Shown here: piece after piece, positions 1-9,232 of the stretch
How the letters are laid out: each line of letters begins with the position of its first letter
Position numbering within the stretch: position 1 is the first letter of the stretch
NCBI GenBank assembly: GCA_963813955.1
Contig: CAWFBN010000083.1
Coordinates: 6,869-70,868 of the forward strand
Direction of reading: 5' to 3'
DNA from: an uncultured Alphaproteobacteria bacterium
Lineage (GTDB): Bacteria; Pseudomonadota; Alphaproteobacteria; Rhizobiales; Beijerinckiaceae
DNA length: 64,000 nucleotides
Made by a program: the position numbers and the translations under genes
Notes under the pieces: generated by a model
Database searches by the model: none
What the model was told of the DNA's origin: nothing
Seen by the model: the letters and a program-made list of their open reading frames with translations, nothing else

Positions 1-137
1 GGATTCCGCTTTCAGGTTTCCGCCCTTTCGTGTCCTTCGCGTGTTTCGTGGTGAATCCTCCGGTATCCGCGTAATCCGTGGTCAATTTCCGTCCTTTGCG
101 TTCTCTGCGCCTTTGCGTGAGTCCAATCCCTTCCGAT

Positions 138-935
138 CTTTTTTACCACGGATTACTCGGATATCACGGATTCTTACCCCATTTCAGCTTTCAGCTTTTC
201 AGTTTTCAGCTTTTCTCTTCCCATCCGCGCAATCCGTGTAATTCGCGGTCAAATTCCTTCTGTCCGATCCCTTTTTACCACGGATTTCACGGATCACGCG
301 GATAGCAAAATACAAAGTTTGACCCCTTCAGGATCCCCCTCTATGTTAACAGCTTCTGCGGATCAGATCTTGAACACAGAGGCCCCAGCCGTAGGGGCGC
401 AGTCTCGCTGCGCCCGGGCCCACCCCAGCCGTAGGGGCGCAGTCTCGCTGCGCCCGGGCCCACCCCAGCCGTAGGGGCGCAGTCTCGCTGCGCCCGGGCC
501 CACCCCAGCCGTAGGGGCGCAGTCTCGCTGCGCCCGGGCCCACCCCAGCCGTAGGGGCGCAGTCTCGCTGCGCCCGGGCCCACTAACCCTGAGAGCGGGG
601 TGGGGCGCGTTGCCCCAAATGCGCCTGAATCTCAATTTTGACCACAAAGAACGCAAAGATCGCAGAGAACCGGGCAGTAGATCATTTTGACCACGGATTG
701 CACAGATCACGCGGATAGCAAAATGCAAAGTTTGACCCTTCGGATTGGTCTCGCGGATAGCAAAATACAAAGTTTGACCCCTTCGGATTGGTCTTCAGCT
801 TTTTTCTCTTCCCATCCGCGCAATCCGTGTAATCCGCGGTCAAATTCCGTTCCGTGGTTCCCTTCTGTCCGATCCCTTTTTACCACGGATTTCACGGATC
901 ACGCGGATAGCAAAATACAAAGTTTGACCCCTTTG
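138..935. repeat. Mosaic repeat block 1 (hairpin units ATCCGCGCAATCCGTG...CCACGGATTTCACGGATCACGCGGAT followed by AGCAAAATRCAAAGTTTGACCC, CAGCTTT heptamers, REP-like units)
   Basis: Sub-blocks recur at ~221-328, ~686-750, ~752-790 and ~812-932; the whole block is matched again at ~2026-2600. Confidence 0.9.
383..582 (+). repeat. Perfect tandem repeat, 5 x 40 bp, each unit containing a GTAG-type REP-like hairpin
   Basis: Unit CCCCAGCCGTAGGGGCGCAGTCTCGCTGCGCCCGGGCCCA; GTAG followed by the stem GGGCGCAG/CTGCGCCC; no spacers. Confidence 0.95.
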
Positions 936-949
936 GATCGTTCCCAAAA

Positions 950-1252
950 ATGAACCGCGAAGAAAATGTCCTGGCGATGATCCGTGCGGCGCTGCAGGAG
1001 GCTGCTGCCGATCTGGCCGGTTATCGCGTGGTTTTGTTCGGATCGCGGGCGCGCGGCCAGGCTCGCTCGCGATCGGATTTCGACATCGGCGTGCTCGGGA
1101 ACACGCCGTTGCCATTAGGGGCCTTTTTTCGCGTGGCCGAGCGCTTTGAGCAGATGCCGACGCTCTATTCCGTTGATTGGGTGGATCTCCAGCGCACGAG
1201 CCCGGTATTTCGGCAATCGGCTATGGAACAGGCCATTACTCTCCATGAATAA
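950..1252 (+). CDS. Minimal nucleotidyltransferase (MNT) antitoxin
   Basis: 100 aa with VLFGSRARGQARSRSDFDIG (GS-x10-DxD) and a downstream VDWVDL strand; overlaps the next gene. Confidence 0.9.
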   Translation: MNREENVLAMIRAALQEAAADLAGYRVVLFGSRARGQARSRSDFDIGVLGNTPLPLGAFFRVAERFEQMPTLYSVDWVDLQRTSPVFRQSAMEQAITLHE

Positions 1253-1631
1253 GGTCATTCTTTTGGGCGATTTCGGGCGGGCGTTGGACCGTCTGGCGGA
1301 GTCGTTGCTGCGGTCTGAACCGGACGATTTGCTGCGGGCCGGCTGCATCCAGTACTTCGAGTTCACTTTCGAGTTGGCGTGGAAGACGGTCAAAGCCTTT
1401 GCAGAAGACGCGGGGTTGGGAGATGTCGGCTCACCGCGGAGCGCCTTGCGTCAGGCGTTCAAGCAGGGTTGGATCGCGGATGAAGAAGGCTGGCTGGCCA
1501 TGTTGGAGGCACGCAATCGAATGGCCCATACCTACGAGGCGTCTCAGGCGCTGGCGATTTACGGGCAGCTCGGGGGATTCTCCGTTCACCTGCGCCAATT
1601 GCATTCAGCGTTGCTGAGCGGCAAAATATGA
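1245..1631 (+). CDS. HEPN toxin / HI0074-family nucleotidyltransferase substrate-binding subunit
   Basis: ATG at 1245 overlaps the MNT stop; IQYFEFTFELAWK, SPRSALRQA, and the Rx4H motif RNRMAHTY. Confidence 0.9.
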   Translation: MNKVILLGDFGRALDRLAESLLRSEPDDLLRAGCIQYFEFTFELAWKTVKAFAEDAGLGDVGSPRSALRQAFKQGWIADEEGWLAMLEARNRMAHTYEASQALAIYGQLGGFSVHLRQLHSALLSGKI

Positions 1632-1711
1632 CCGCGGCACAGCCGCTCAGGTTTTGCGGAACGCAAAACCTCTCCGTTCCCTCCGTTGCCTCTCTAGGAA
1701 ACAGCTTTTTT

Positions 1712-1775
1712 GTGGCCGCGAGCGTAAGCGAGTGGATCTGGAGTCGGTCGTCCGCTCGCTGGCGCTCGCAGCTAC
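1712..1775. repeat. Inverted pair of REP-like elements
   Basis: GTGGCCGCGAGCGTAAGCGAGTGGA ... TCCGCTCGCTGGCGCTCGCAGCTAC; a third half-copy lies at ~2439-2463. Confidence 0.75.
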
Positions 1776-2025
1776 TCCATCAGCAAGTTTCCTTCCGTCG
1801 CCGGCAAAACCGTGTTTTGCGTGCATGGCTCCCGTAAAAAGGATTGGTTCCCGGCTTCAGCTTTCAGCCTTTCAGCTTTTCAGCGTTTCTCTTCCTATCC
1901 GTGCCAACCGCGTAATCCGCTGTTTGGTTCAGCTCTTGTCCTCTGTGTTCTCTGTGCTCTTTGCGGTAAATTATCCGATGCCTTGTTTTTGTGTGCATCT
2001 TCGCGTGGCTACGACTGCCGGACAA

Positions 2026-2600
2026 TTTTACCGCGGATCACTCGGATATCACGGATTCTTACCCCATTTCAGCTTTTCCGATTTCAGCATTTGCCTGTCT
2101 GATCCATTCTCACACAAAGCCGCCAAGACGCAAAGGATTGATCTCACCGCTCGACACCTCTGCGTTCTCCGTGACCTCTGTTTTAACATCTTCTGCGGAT
2201 CGGATCTTCAACACAGAGGCCCCAGCCGTAGGGGCGCAGTCTCGCTGCCCCGGGCCCACTAACCCTGAGAGCGGGGTGGGGCGCGTCGCCCCAAATGCGC
2301 CTGAATCTCAATTTTGACCGCAAAGAACGCAAAGATCGCAGAGAACCGGGCAGTAGATCATTTTTACCACGGATTTCACGGATCACGCGGATAGCAAAAT
2401 GCAAAGTTTGACTCCTTCGGATTGGTCCTTTCGCGTCTGTGGCCGCGAGCGCCAGCGAGTGGGGATCGGGGATCCCATCCGCGCCATCCGCGTAATCCGT
2501 GGTCAATTCCGTTCCGTGGTTCCCTTCTGTCCGATCCGTTTTTACCACGGATTTCACGGATCACGTGGATAGCAAAATGCAAAGTTTGACCCTTCCGGAT
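2026..2600. repeat. Mosaic repeat block 2 (copy of block 1)
   Basis: ~2026-2075 matches ~141-190; ~2185-2428 matches ~346-750 but with one 40-bp unit instead of five; ~2476-2594 matches ~812-932. Confidence 0.9.
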
Positions 2601-2661
2601 TGGTCCTTGATGCGCCGAAAACGCGGTTGCAAATGGGTTCGAATAGCAGATATTTGGTCGC

Positions 2662-2895
2662 ATGAATCCTTCGGTTGAGTCAATTGCGTCTGAGGCCATG
2701 CTTCTCCCCAAAGACCAGCGCTTTACCCTGGCAAATCGAATCCTGGTCAGTGTGGAGCCGGCGGAGGATGCACGTCTGGAGATGGCTTGGGAGACGGAGA
2801 TTAAGGAACGGATCCGCCGATACGATGAGGGGCATTCGGCAGGAATTCCTGGATCGGATGTGTTTACGGAACTGGATCAGCGGCTGAGGCGATGA
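2662..2895 (+). CDS. Putative addiction-module antitoxin (TIGR02574-like)
   Basis: 77 aa with pattern LLPKDQRFTLANRILVSV...AWETEIKERIRRY...IPGSDV; stop overlaps the next ATG. Confidence 0.8.
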   Translation: MNPSVESIASEAMLLPKDQRFTLANRILVSVEPAEDARLEMAWETEIKERIRRYDEGHSAGIPGSDVFTELDQRLRR

Positions 2896-3056
2896 TGTAC
2901 GAGTTTCTTCCGAAGCCCGCGAAGAATTCATTGAAGCCGCGGTTTACTATGAGTCGAAGGAAGCCGGTCTGGGAGTCCGCTTCCGCAATGAAGTGGGGCA
3001 CGTTATTGGTCGGATTGTGGACGATCCTTACCTATGGAGAGAACGGTCCGGGGTTT
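2892..3056 (+). pseudogene. RelE/ParE-family toxin, frameshifted and 3'-truncated
   Basis: After a shift near 2912 it reads AREEFIEAAVYYESKEAGLGVRFRNEVGHVIGRIVDDPYLWRERSG, then stops at the junction without the C-terminal third. Confidence 0.75.
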
Positions 3057-3057
3057 G

Positions 3058-3529
3058 ATCCCGTTGCTTGCTGGGCCCGCCACCTGGCGTGACGCGATCC
3101 CGATCAATCGGTCCGCGTTCTTGCCGCCACGGTGGCGATCAAACTTCAGACGCGGTTTTCGTCTGGGAAATCGAGGCTCGGCAGTCGGCGGCGCGCCGGG
3201 AGCAAACCATCGAATCCTTGCTGGCGCTCGCATGGGCGCATGCACACTTCGCGCGGTCGGGACTGCTGCCGGCCAAGGAGGCGCAGAACCAGTTCGAAAA
3301 GGCCGAGGCGCGTCATCAGGAAGCGTTCGAACGGGCGAGCGAGGCGGATCCCGGCCGGTTCCAGATGATCGAACAAATGATCCAGGAGATCGAGGAGCAA
3401 GGGCCGGTGGTGTTTCCGAAAGACCAAGGGCGCCTTTCGGGGCGCTATAATGCGGCGGCATCTGGCAATAAGGCAGGGGGCGCGACGCTGCCCGGCGAAA
3501 AGGAAAAAAGTATCGGCAGGTCGCCATGA
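3058..3529 (+). CDS. pelE: PelE-like protein, C-terminal part only (5' end missing, frameshifted)
   Basis: HEAT-like RDPDQSVRVLAATVAIKLQ at ~3093-3150; helical ...AHFARSGLL...; stop overlaps the pelF ATG. Confidence 0.55.
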
Positions 3530-5025
3530 AGCCGGCCGATGTCTGCCTGATCGTCGAAGGCGGCTACCCTTACGTGCTTGGAGGCGTGGCGTTTTGGGTG
3601 GATGCGCTCATCCGGTCGCTGCCGCAATTCCGCTTCCACATTGTCGCCATCCGAATCTCCACACAGAAACCCGAACTCCGCTTTGAGCTTCCGTCTGATG
3701 TCGTCGGCGTCCAGGATATCGTGCTCGACGGCCACTCCCTGGCGCGCGTGCGCGGGGATCGCGCGAAGCCGCTTTGCCAGGCGTCTTCGCCGGCTTTCGC
3801 GCCCTTTTATCGGGCGGAGAACGAGTTCTGCTGCAGGCGCTGCTCCGTGAGATCGTGGACAATAATTTGGGCAGCAAAGCCCTTCTTGACTTGCGCGAGG
3901 CCTGGTGCGCGATGGAAGCCGATTACGAGGCCCTTTTCCAAAACTTGCCGCTGCTGGATTTTTTCTGGGCCTGGCGCTTTCTATTGCGCAGCGTCATCAA
4001 TATCGCAATGGCGCCTCTGCCGAATGCGCGGCTCTATCATTCCGTTTCGACCGGTTATGCCGGCCTTTTTGGCGTCCGCGCCAAAATCGCGTCCAATCGC
4101 CCGTTGCTGTTGACGGAACACGGTATTTACACCAACGAGCGTCGCATGGAGCTCTGCTCCGCCGACTGGATTTTTGAATTGGGCAACTCTGGGGCTATAG
4201 CGTCGACAGCCGCAATATCGAGCTTCGCGATGTCTGGACCAACGCCTTTCTCGCTTTTTCCAGGGCCGCTTATGCCTTCAGCCGACGCCATTACCGCGCA
4301 ATACCGGGCGAACCAGCAGGTGCAACTGCAAGACGGCGCCTTGCCGAAAAACTTCGTCTTATTCCCAATGGCGTCAATTACGATCGGTTATGCTCCAGCG
4401 CGCGCATACGGTCAGCGGAAAGCAGGCCGACGATTTTGATGGTGGCGCGCATTGTCCCTATCAAGGATGTGCGAACCTTCATCCTTGCCGCCGAGATGCT
4501 GGCGCAGATCGTGCCCGACGTCGAGGCGATCATCATCGGTCCCGAGGACGAGGATCAGGATTACGCCGCGGAGTGTCGCTCTCTGGTGCGCCAGGGCCGG
4601 CTCGAACGGGTCGTCACCTTTGAGGGGCGCGTGCCCGATATCATGGACTATTACCCGCGCGCCGACGTTTTTGCGCTGACCAGCATCAGCGAGGCGCAGC
4701 CACTCGCCTTGCTGGAGGCCGGCGCGGCGGGCCGGCCCATCGCGACGACGGATGTCGGCTCCTGCCGTGAGATTTTGGCTGGTGGACCACCCCGACGAGT
4801 TGGAGCCGGGCGGTTTCGTCGTCCCTCCTGGCGATCCGCGCGCTTTTGCGGAAGCTGCCGCCAAACTGCTGCTGAACCCGTCGCTGTGCGCGCGGATGGG
4901 CGCGGCGATGCGCGGAGCGCGTCGGGCGGATCTACAATCAGACGCGCGTTCGGCGCCTCTATGCGGATTTCTATGAGGAACATCTCGGCGGCGAGACAAG
5001 CTCGCATCAAGTCGAAAGGGTTTGA
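3526..5025 (+). CDS. pelF: Pel biosynthesis GT4 glycosyltransferase PelF (several frameshifts)
   Basis: DVCLIVEGGYPYVLGGV, HSVSTGYAG, LLTEHGIYTNER, RIVPIKDV and TSISEAQPLALLEA are spread over ORFs 3526, 3774, 4436 and 4752. Confidence 0.9.
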
Positions 5026-5028
5026 AGC

Positions 5029-6415
5029 ATGGCCGGGATCGGGTTCACGCTGGAAAGAATGGCGCGCGGCGGCAGTCTGACCTCCGTCGTCGGCGGCCTA
5101 CGGCCATGCGGTGATGGTGGTGGCCGGCCTGATTTTCACCCTCATCGGCCTCGCCGGCACAAGCTCCGTCGCCTGTGACGCCGGTTGTCGCGACGTGCAG
5201 GTTTTCCGCTCGATCATCATTTACAATTCCGTTTTCGCCCTGACTGCCTCAAGCCCGATCGTCTTCGTCTCGACGCGCTTCATCGCCGACCGCATCTTCA
5301 TGAAACGGTTCGAAATCCGTCATGTTCACGCTTGCGGCAAGCCTTGCAAGTCTATTTCTCTTTGTCGCCCTCATTTTCGCGGCGCCCTTCTATGGACTGG
5401 CGACGACATTGAGCCTGCCGGAAACCATTGCCAGCGTGCAAAATCTAATGCTGCTCGGCGCCTCCTGGCGAATGATTTCCTTTTTGGGGACGATGCGCAG
5501 CGCCAATGGAATCGTGGGGGCTTTCGTGCTGGGCGCCGCCGCAATGATCCTGGCCGCCATCTCCGTGCCGGACGCCCGGCCCTTCTACCTGTTGCAGTCG
5601 TTCAATGTCGGGCTGGCGCTGATCAATGGCGTATTGCTTTGGCTTTTGACGAAACAATGCGGGGGACGCATCGTGGCGGACCTGGCGCTCCTGACCTGCG
5701 CGCGGAAATATTGGGAACTTCCAATGATTGGACTGACCTATGGTCTGGGGGTCTGGTCGGACAAGATCATGATGTGGATGTTCGCGCCGGAGGAAAAAAT
5801 GCGCGTGGCCGGCGCGATCGTCACAATGCCGCTCTACGACACGCCGATGTTTCTGGCCCAGTTGGCGGCGCTTCCGGTGGCTGCGGCCTTTTTCATCCAC
5901 GCCGAAACCGAAGTCCTGCGCTTGTACCGACTCCTTTCGACGGGATCGAAGGGCGCGCCAGTCTCAAGGAGCTGAAGGCGTCGAGCGCGGCTTTATCGCA
6001 TTTTATCAGTAGCGTGACGATCTTCCTGTTCGAAAGCCTCGCCGCGATCGCGCTGCTGGGCGTGCTGATATCCTTCGTCGCAGTCGATACTTTCAACTTG
6101 CAGCCCAACCAGACAGGCATTCTGCGCAATGCGCTCTTCGCCATGGCTTTTAACACCAGTGCAATGTTCTGTGTGATATTGCTGCTCTATCTTGATTTGC
6201 GACGCGTGGCCCTTCTGATCACAACGACTTATCTCTTGTTGAATATCGCGCTGACGGCTTTCTTTCTGCCACACGGCTTTCGTTTCTATGCTTATGGCGC
6301 CTTTCTGGCTTCCATCGTGGAATTCGCCATGGCAATCTTGTTCTTGCGGCGAGAACTTCCCTGGCTGCTCTTTCATGTTTTCGTAACTAACAACGTCAGC
6401 CGCGCTCTTCGTTGA
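5029..6415 (+). CDS. pelG: Pel exopolysaccharide transporter PelG (frameshifted)
   Basis: N-terminus MAGIGF, STRFIADRIF, WSDKIMMW, YDTPMFLA, LLYLDLR; multi-TM; directly follows pelF. Confidence 0.9.
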
Positions 6416-6556
6416 ATTTGATCCGTTAAAGTCACCCGCCGACGTTGATCGTCCTGTTTGCAGACCAGCAAGAAATTAGATACGTTAAATCGTAAAAATT
6501 TTATCGACGACAATTGCAGCAAGAATCACGTCAGTGAGTAACATGGGGGCGTTTCA

Positions 6557-7436
6557 ATGACTTTTAGTCTAAATCGGCGTCAGGCTTCAACTTTCCTTGC
6601 CGCGGGGGGCATGGCGATGATGACGGGGAGGGGAGCGGCGTCGAGCCGTCAGCTCATTCGGCCAGACGCTTCGTGGGTCGTGTATTATAGCGCCGTCGCC
6701 AATCCGGCGCAGCTCTCCGGTTTCAATGTCATCGTCCTCGATCCCGCTTATTCCGGCGCCATCGCGGATTGCCGGTCGCATGGCGGCAAGATCTTCGGAT
6801 ATCTCAGTCTCGGCGAAATTTCCAAGAGGAACACCTGGTTTCCTTTTCCAAGCGACCCGGCGGCGATATTGGAAGAAAATCGAGACTGGCCTGGCACATA
6901 TCGCGTTGATGTCAGACAGGAGAATCGTGGCGGACCGCGATCTTGAATGACGGCGTCAAGCGGTTGCGCGAAATGGGATCGACGGCCTGTTCATGGATAC
7001 CCTGGACACGCCCCCCTATCTCGAGGCGATTGATCCGCGCCGCTGTCGCGGCATGGGCGCCGCCGCCATCAATCTCGTCAAATCGATTCGGCGGCAATGG
7101 CCGGATATGCCGATCATCATGAATCGCGGTTATGCCCTGCTCCCCGATCTCGTCGATGACATCGACGCGGTTGTCGCCGAGAGCCTGTTGACGACCTATG
7201 ATTCCGCGAAGGGCGGCTATCGATGGCTGGAGCCAGACCGCGTGGCGGAACAGATGAAAGTCTTGAGCCCCGCCAACAGACGATCTCCGCAGTTGCCCAT
7301 TTTGAGCCTCGACTATTGAAATCCTGACGATCCCGCAACGATCCGGGAGATCTATCGTCGTGAGCGGGCCCTTGGTCATTCGCCTTATGTCGCAACGATC
7401 AATCTGGACCAGATTGTCGACCCCCCTTTGACGTGA
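6557..7436 (+). CDS. Stand-alone PelA-like endo-alpha-1,4-(N-acetyl)galactosaminidase with twin-arginine signal (frameshift and one in-frame TGA)
   Basis: LNRRQASTFL Tat-like leader; WVVYY, GYLSLGEI, ENRDWPG, DGLFMDTLD, IIMNRGY, AESL; no deacetylase domain. Confidence 0.8.
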
Positions 7437-7508
7437 TGCCGAGACGGCGCCCATCAAGATCAACGGCAAAATTTACGGCAAAAATTACGGAATGACTGGA
7501 GGAGTGAA

Positions 7509-8495
7509 ATGTTTCGAAACAAGCGGGTCGTCATTACGGGTGCGGCGGGGTTCATCGGGAGTGATGCGCGGAGGCGCTGGTCGAGGCTGGGGCGAATGTC
7601 AAAGCGCTCGTGCGCTACAATTCTGCTTCCTTCCTGGGGAACTTGCGTTTCGTCGACGAGGAAAAGCGCAATGCGATGCAGATCGTCGCCGGCAATATTG
7701 ATGACAGCGACTTCGTTTACCGGGCGCTCGAAGGGCAAGACATCATTCTGCACCTGGCGGCGCTGATCGCAATTCCCTATTCCTACGAGGCGCCAAGAAG
7801 CTACATTCGCACCAATGTGGAGGGCACCCTGAATGTGCTCGAAGCGGTGCGCCGCTCCGGAGCGGAGCGCGTTGTCGTCACCAGCACGTCAGAGGTCTAC
7901 GGCACGGCGTTGCGCGTTCCGATCGACGGAACTAATCCCTTGCAGGGCCAGTCACCCTATTCGGCGTCGAAGATCGGGGCGGACAAGATCGCGGAAAGTT
8001 ATTATTGTTCCTTCTCGACCCCGGTCGTGACCTTGCGCCCGTTCAACACATTCGGTCCACGCCAAAGCGCTCGGGCCTTCATCCCGACGATTATTTCGCA
8101 GGCCTTGAGCAGGGAGGTCGTTCGATTGGGCTCCCTGACGCCGGAGCGCGATATGACTTTCGTTAGCGATACGGTCGCAGGCTTCCTTGCTGCGCGACGG
8201 TCCCGGAAGTCCAGGGCAAAACCATCAATCTCGGGACTGGAAAGACATTTTCGGTCGGTTGGTTTGCGGAGACAATTCTTGCGCTCATGGGCATGAAAGA
8301 CAAGCCGATTGAGCAGGATGCCGAGCGGATGCGGCCGGAAAAAGCGAAATTCTCAAACTGATTTCCGACAATCGCTTCGCCCTGCAAGTTCTCGGGTGGG
8401 AGCCGCGGGTGTCGCTGGAGGATGGGCTTCGCAGAGCCATCGATTTCGTAAGCGCCCATCGCGACCTCTACGCCACCGATCGCTACGTGGTTTGA
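7509..8495 (+). CDS. NAD-dependent epimerase/dehydratase (extended SDR, LegB-like)
   Basis: GAAGFIG, HLAALIAIPYSY, TSTSEVYG, YSASK, RPFNTFGPRQS; frameshifts near 7570 and 8190. Confidence 0.85.
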
Positions 8496-9232
8496 AACCT
8501 CATGGAGCGCGGCTCTGAGTTGAGCCGCGCTCCGCATGCCCGCCGATCGTTCCATGCGGCCCGCTCTCGTCCATGGCGCGCTGACCGCGCGGACGACGTC
8601 TCGAATTCCGGGCCGGCCTTGTCCGGGCCGCCTGTTGTTCGCCTGAACTTGCGACAAATCGTCGCGCCCCCGCGCTTGGATCCCAGGCGGTCCAAAGCCG
8701 ATGAGCCCGCGCTCTTAGCCGCCGAAGCGTGGCGCCAATCGATAGCAACTCACCGTGGTCGAGGACGTGCGCGCGCATGAGCGGCGCGGTGTGCGTCTCT
8801 GGCTGGCCGGGCGCTTTGCGGCCACTGAAACGGGCGCAGAGCCTCGGCGAAGTTGTTCCGGCAAGCTTTTCCAATAGCTGCCTTAAGCTTGGCTATAAAA
8901 CTGCATGCCTTAAGCGTAACCATACACGAAAATGTGAATAACTAAAAAAACTGCCACATTGTCGCCCAATAGATTCTATCCTGACGATCAAGCTAAGGGA
9001 TTTGTCATCAGAGCGCGGCTCTCATCAGGAACATAATAAATGGAAACATGATGATTTTAGCATTTTGTTAACCGGCTAAGCTTTTCCTGCAAACGCTACA
9101 TTGCCGCCCCGCCCGATTTTATTGTTCGCCTCGATACGATCAAGTCAGGGTTTTGCACGCTGAGTGAGCGGGTTTCATACGCCCTGCAACAATTCAAGTC
9201 CTACCTTCAATCCCACCTCGAATGGAGCACCC

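Noticed and set aside
383-582. Possible CRISPR array
   Set aside because: Units are identical end to end with no unique spacers, and there are no cas genes.
41-950. Short ORFs in the repeat region (also 1628-2711)
   Set aside because: They are translations of non-coding repeats with no RBS or family motifs.
138-2600. Integron attC sites
   Set aside because: I could not find RYYYAAC/GTTRRRY-bounded palindromes at the gene ends, and there is no integrase in the window.
8496-9160. ORFs or a c-di-GMP riboswitch upstream of the secreted protein
   Set aside because: No recognisable coding signal or riboswitch consensus by eye; treated as promoter/intergenic DNA.
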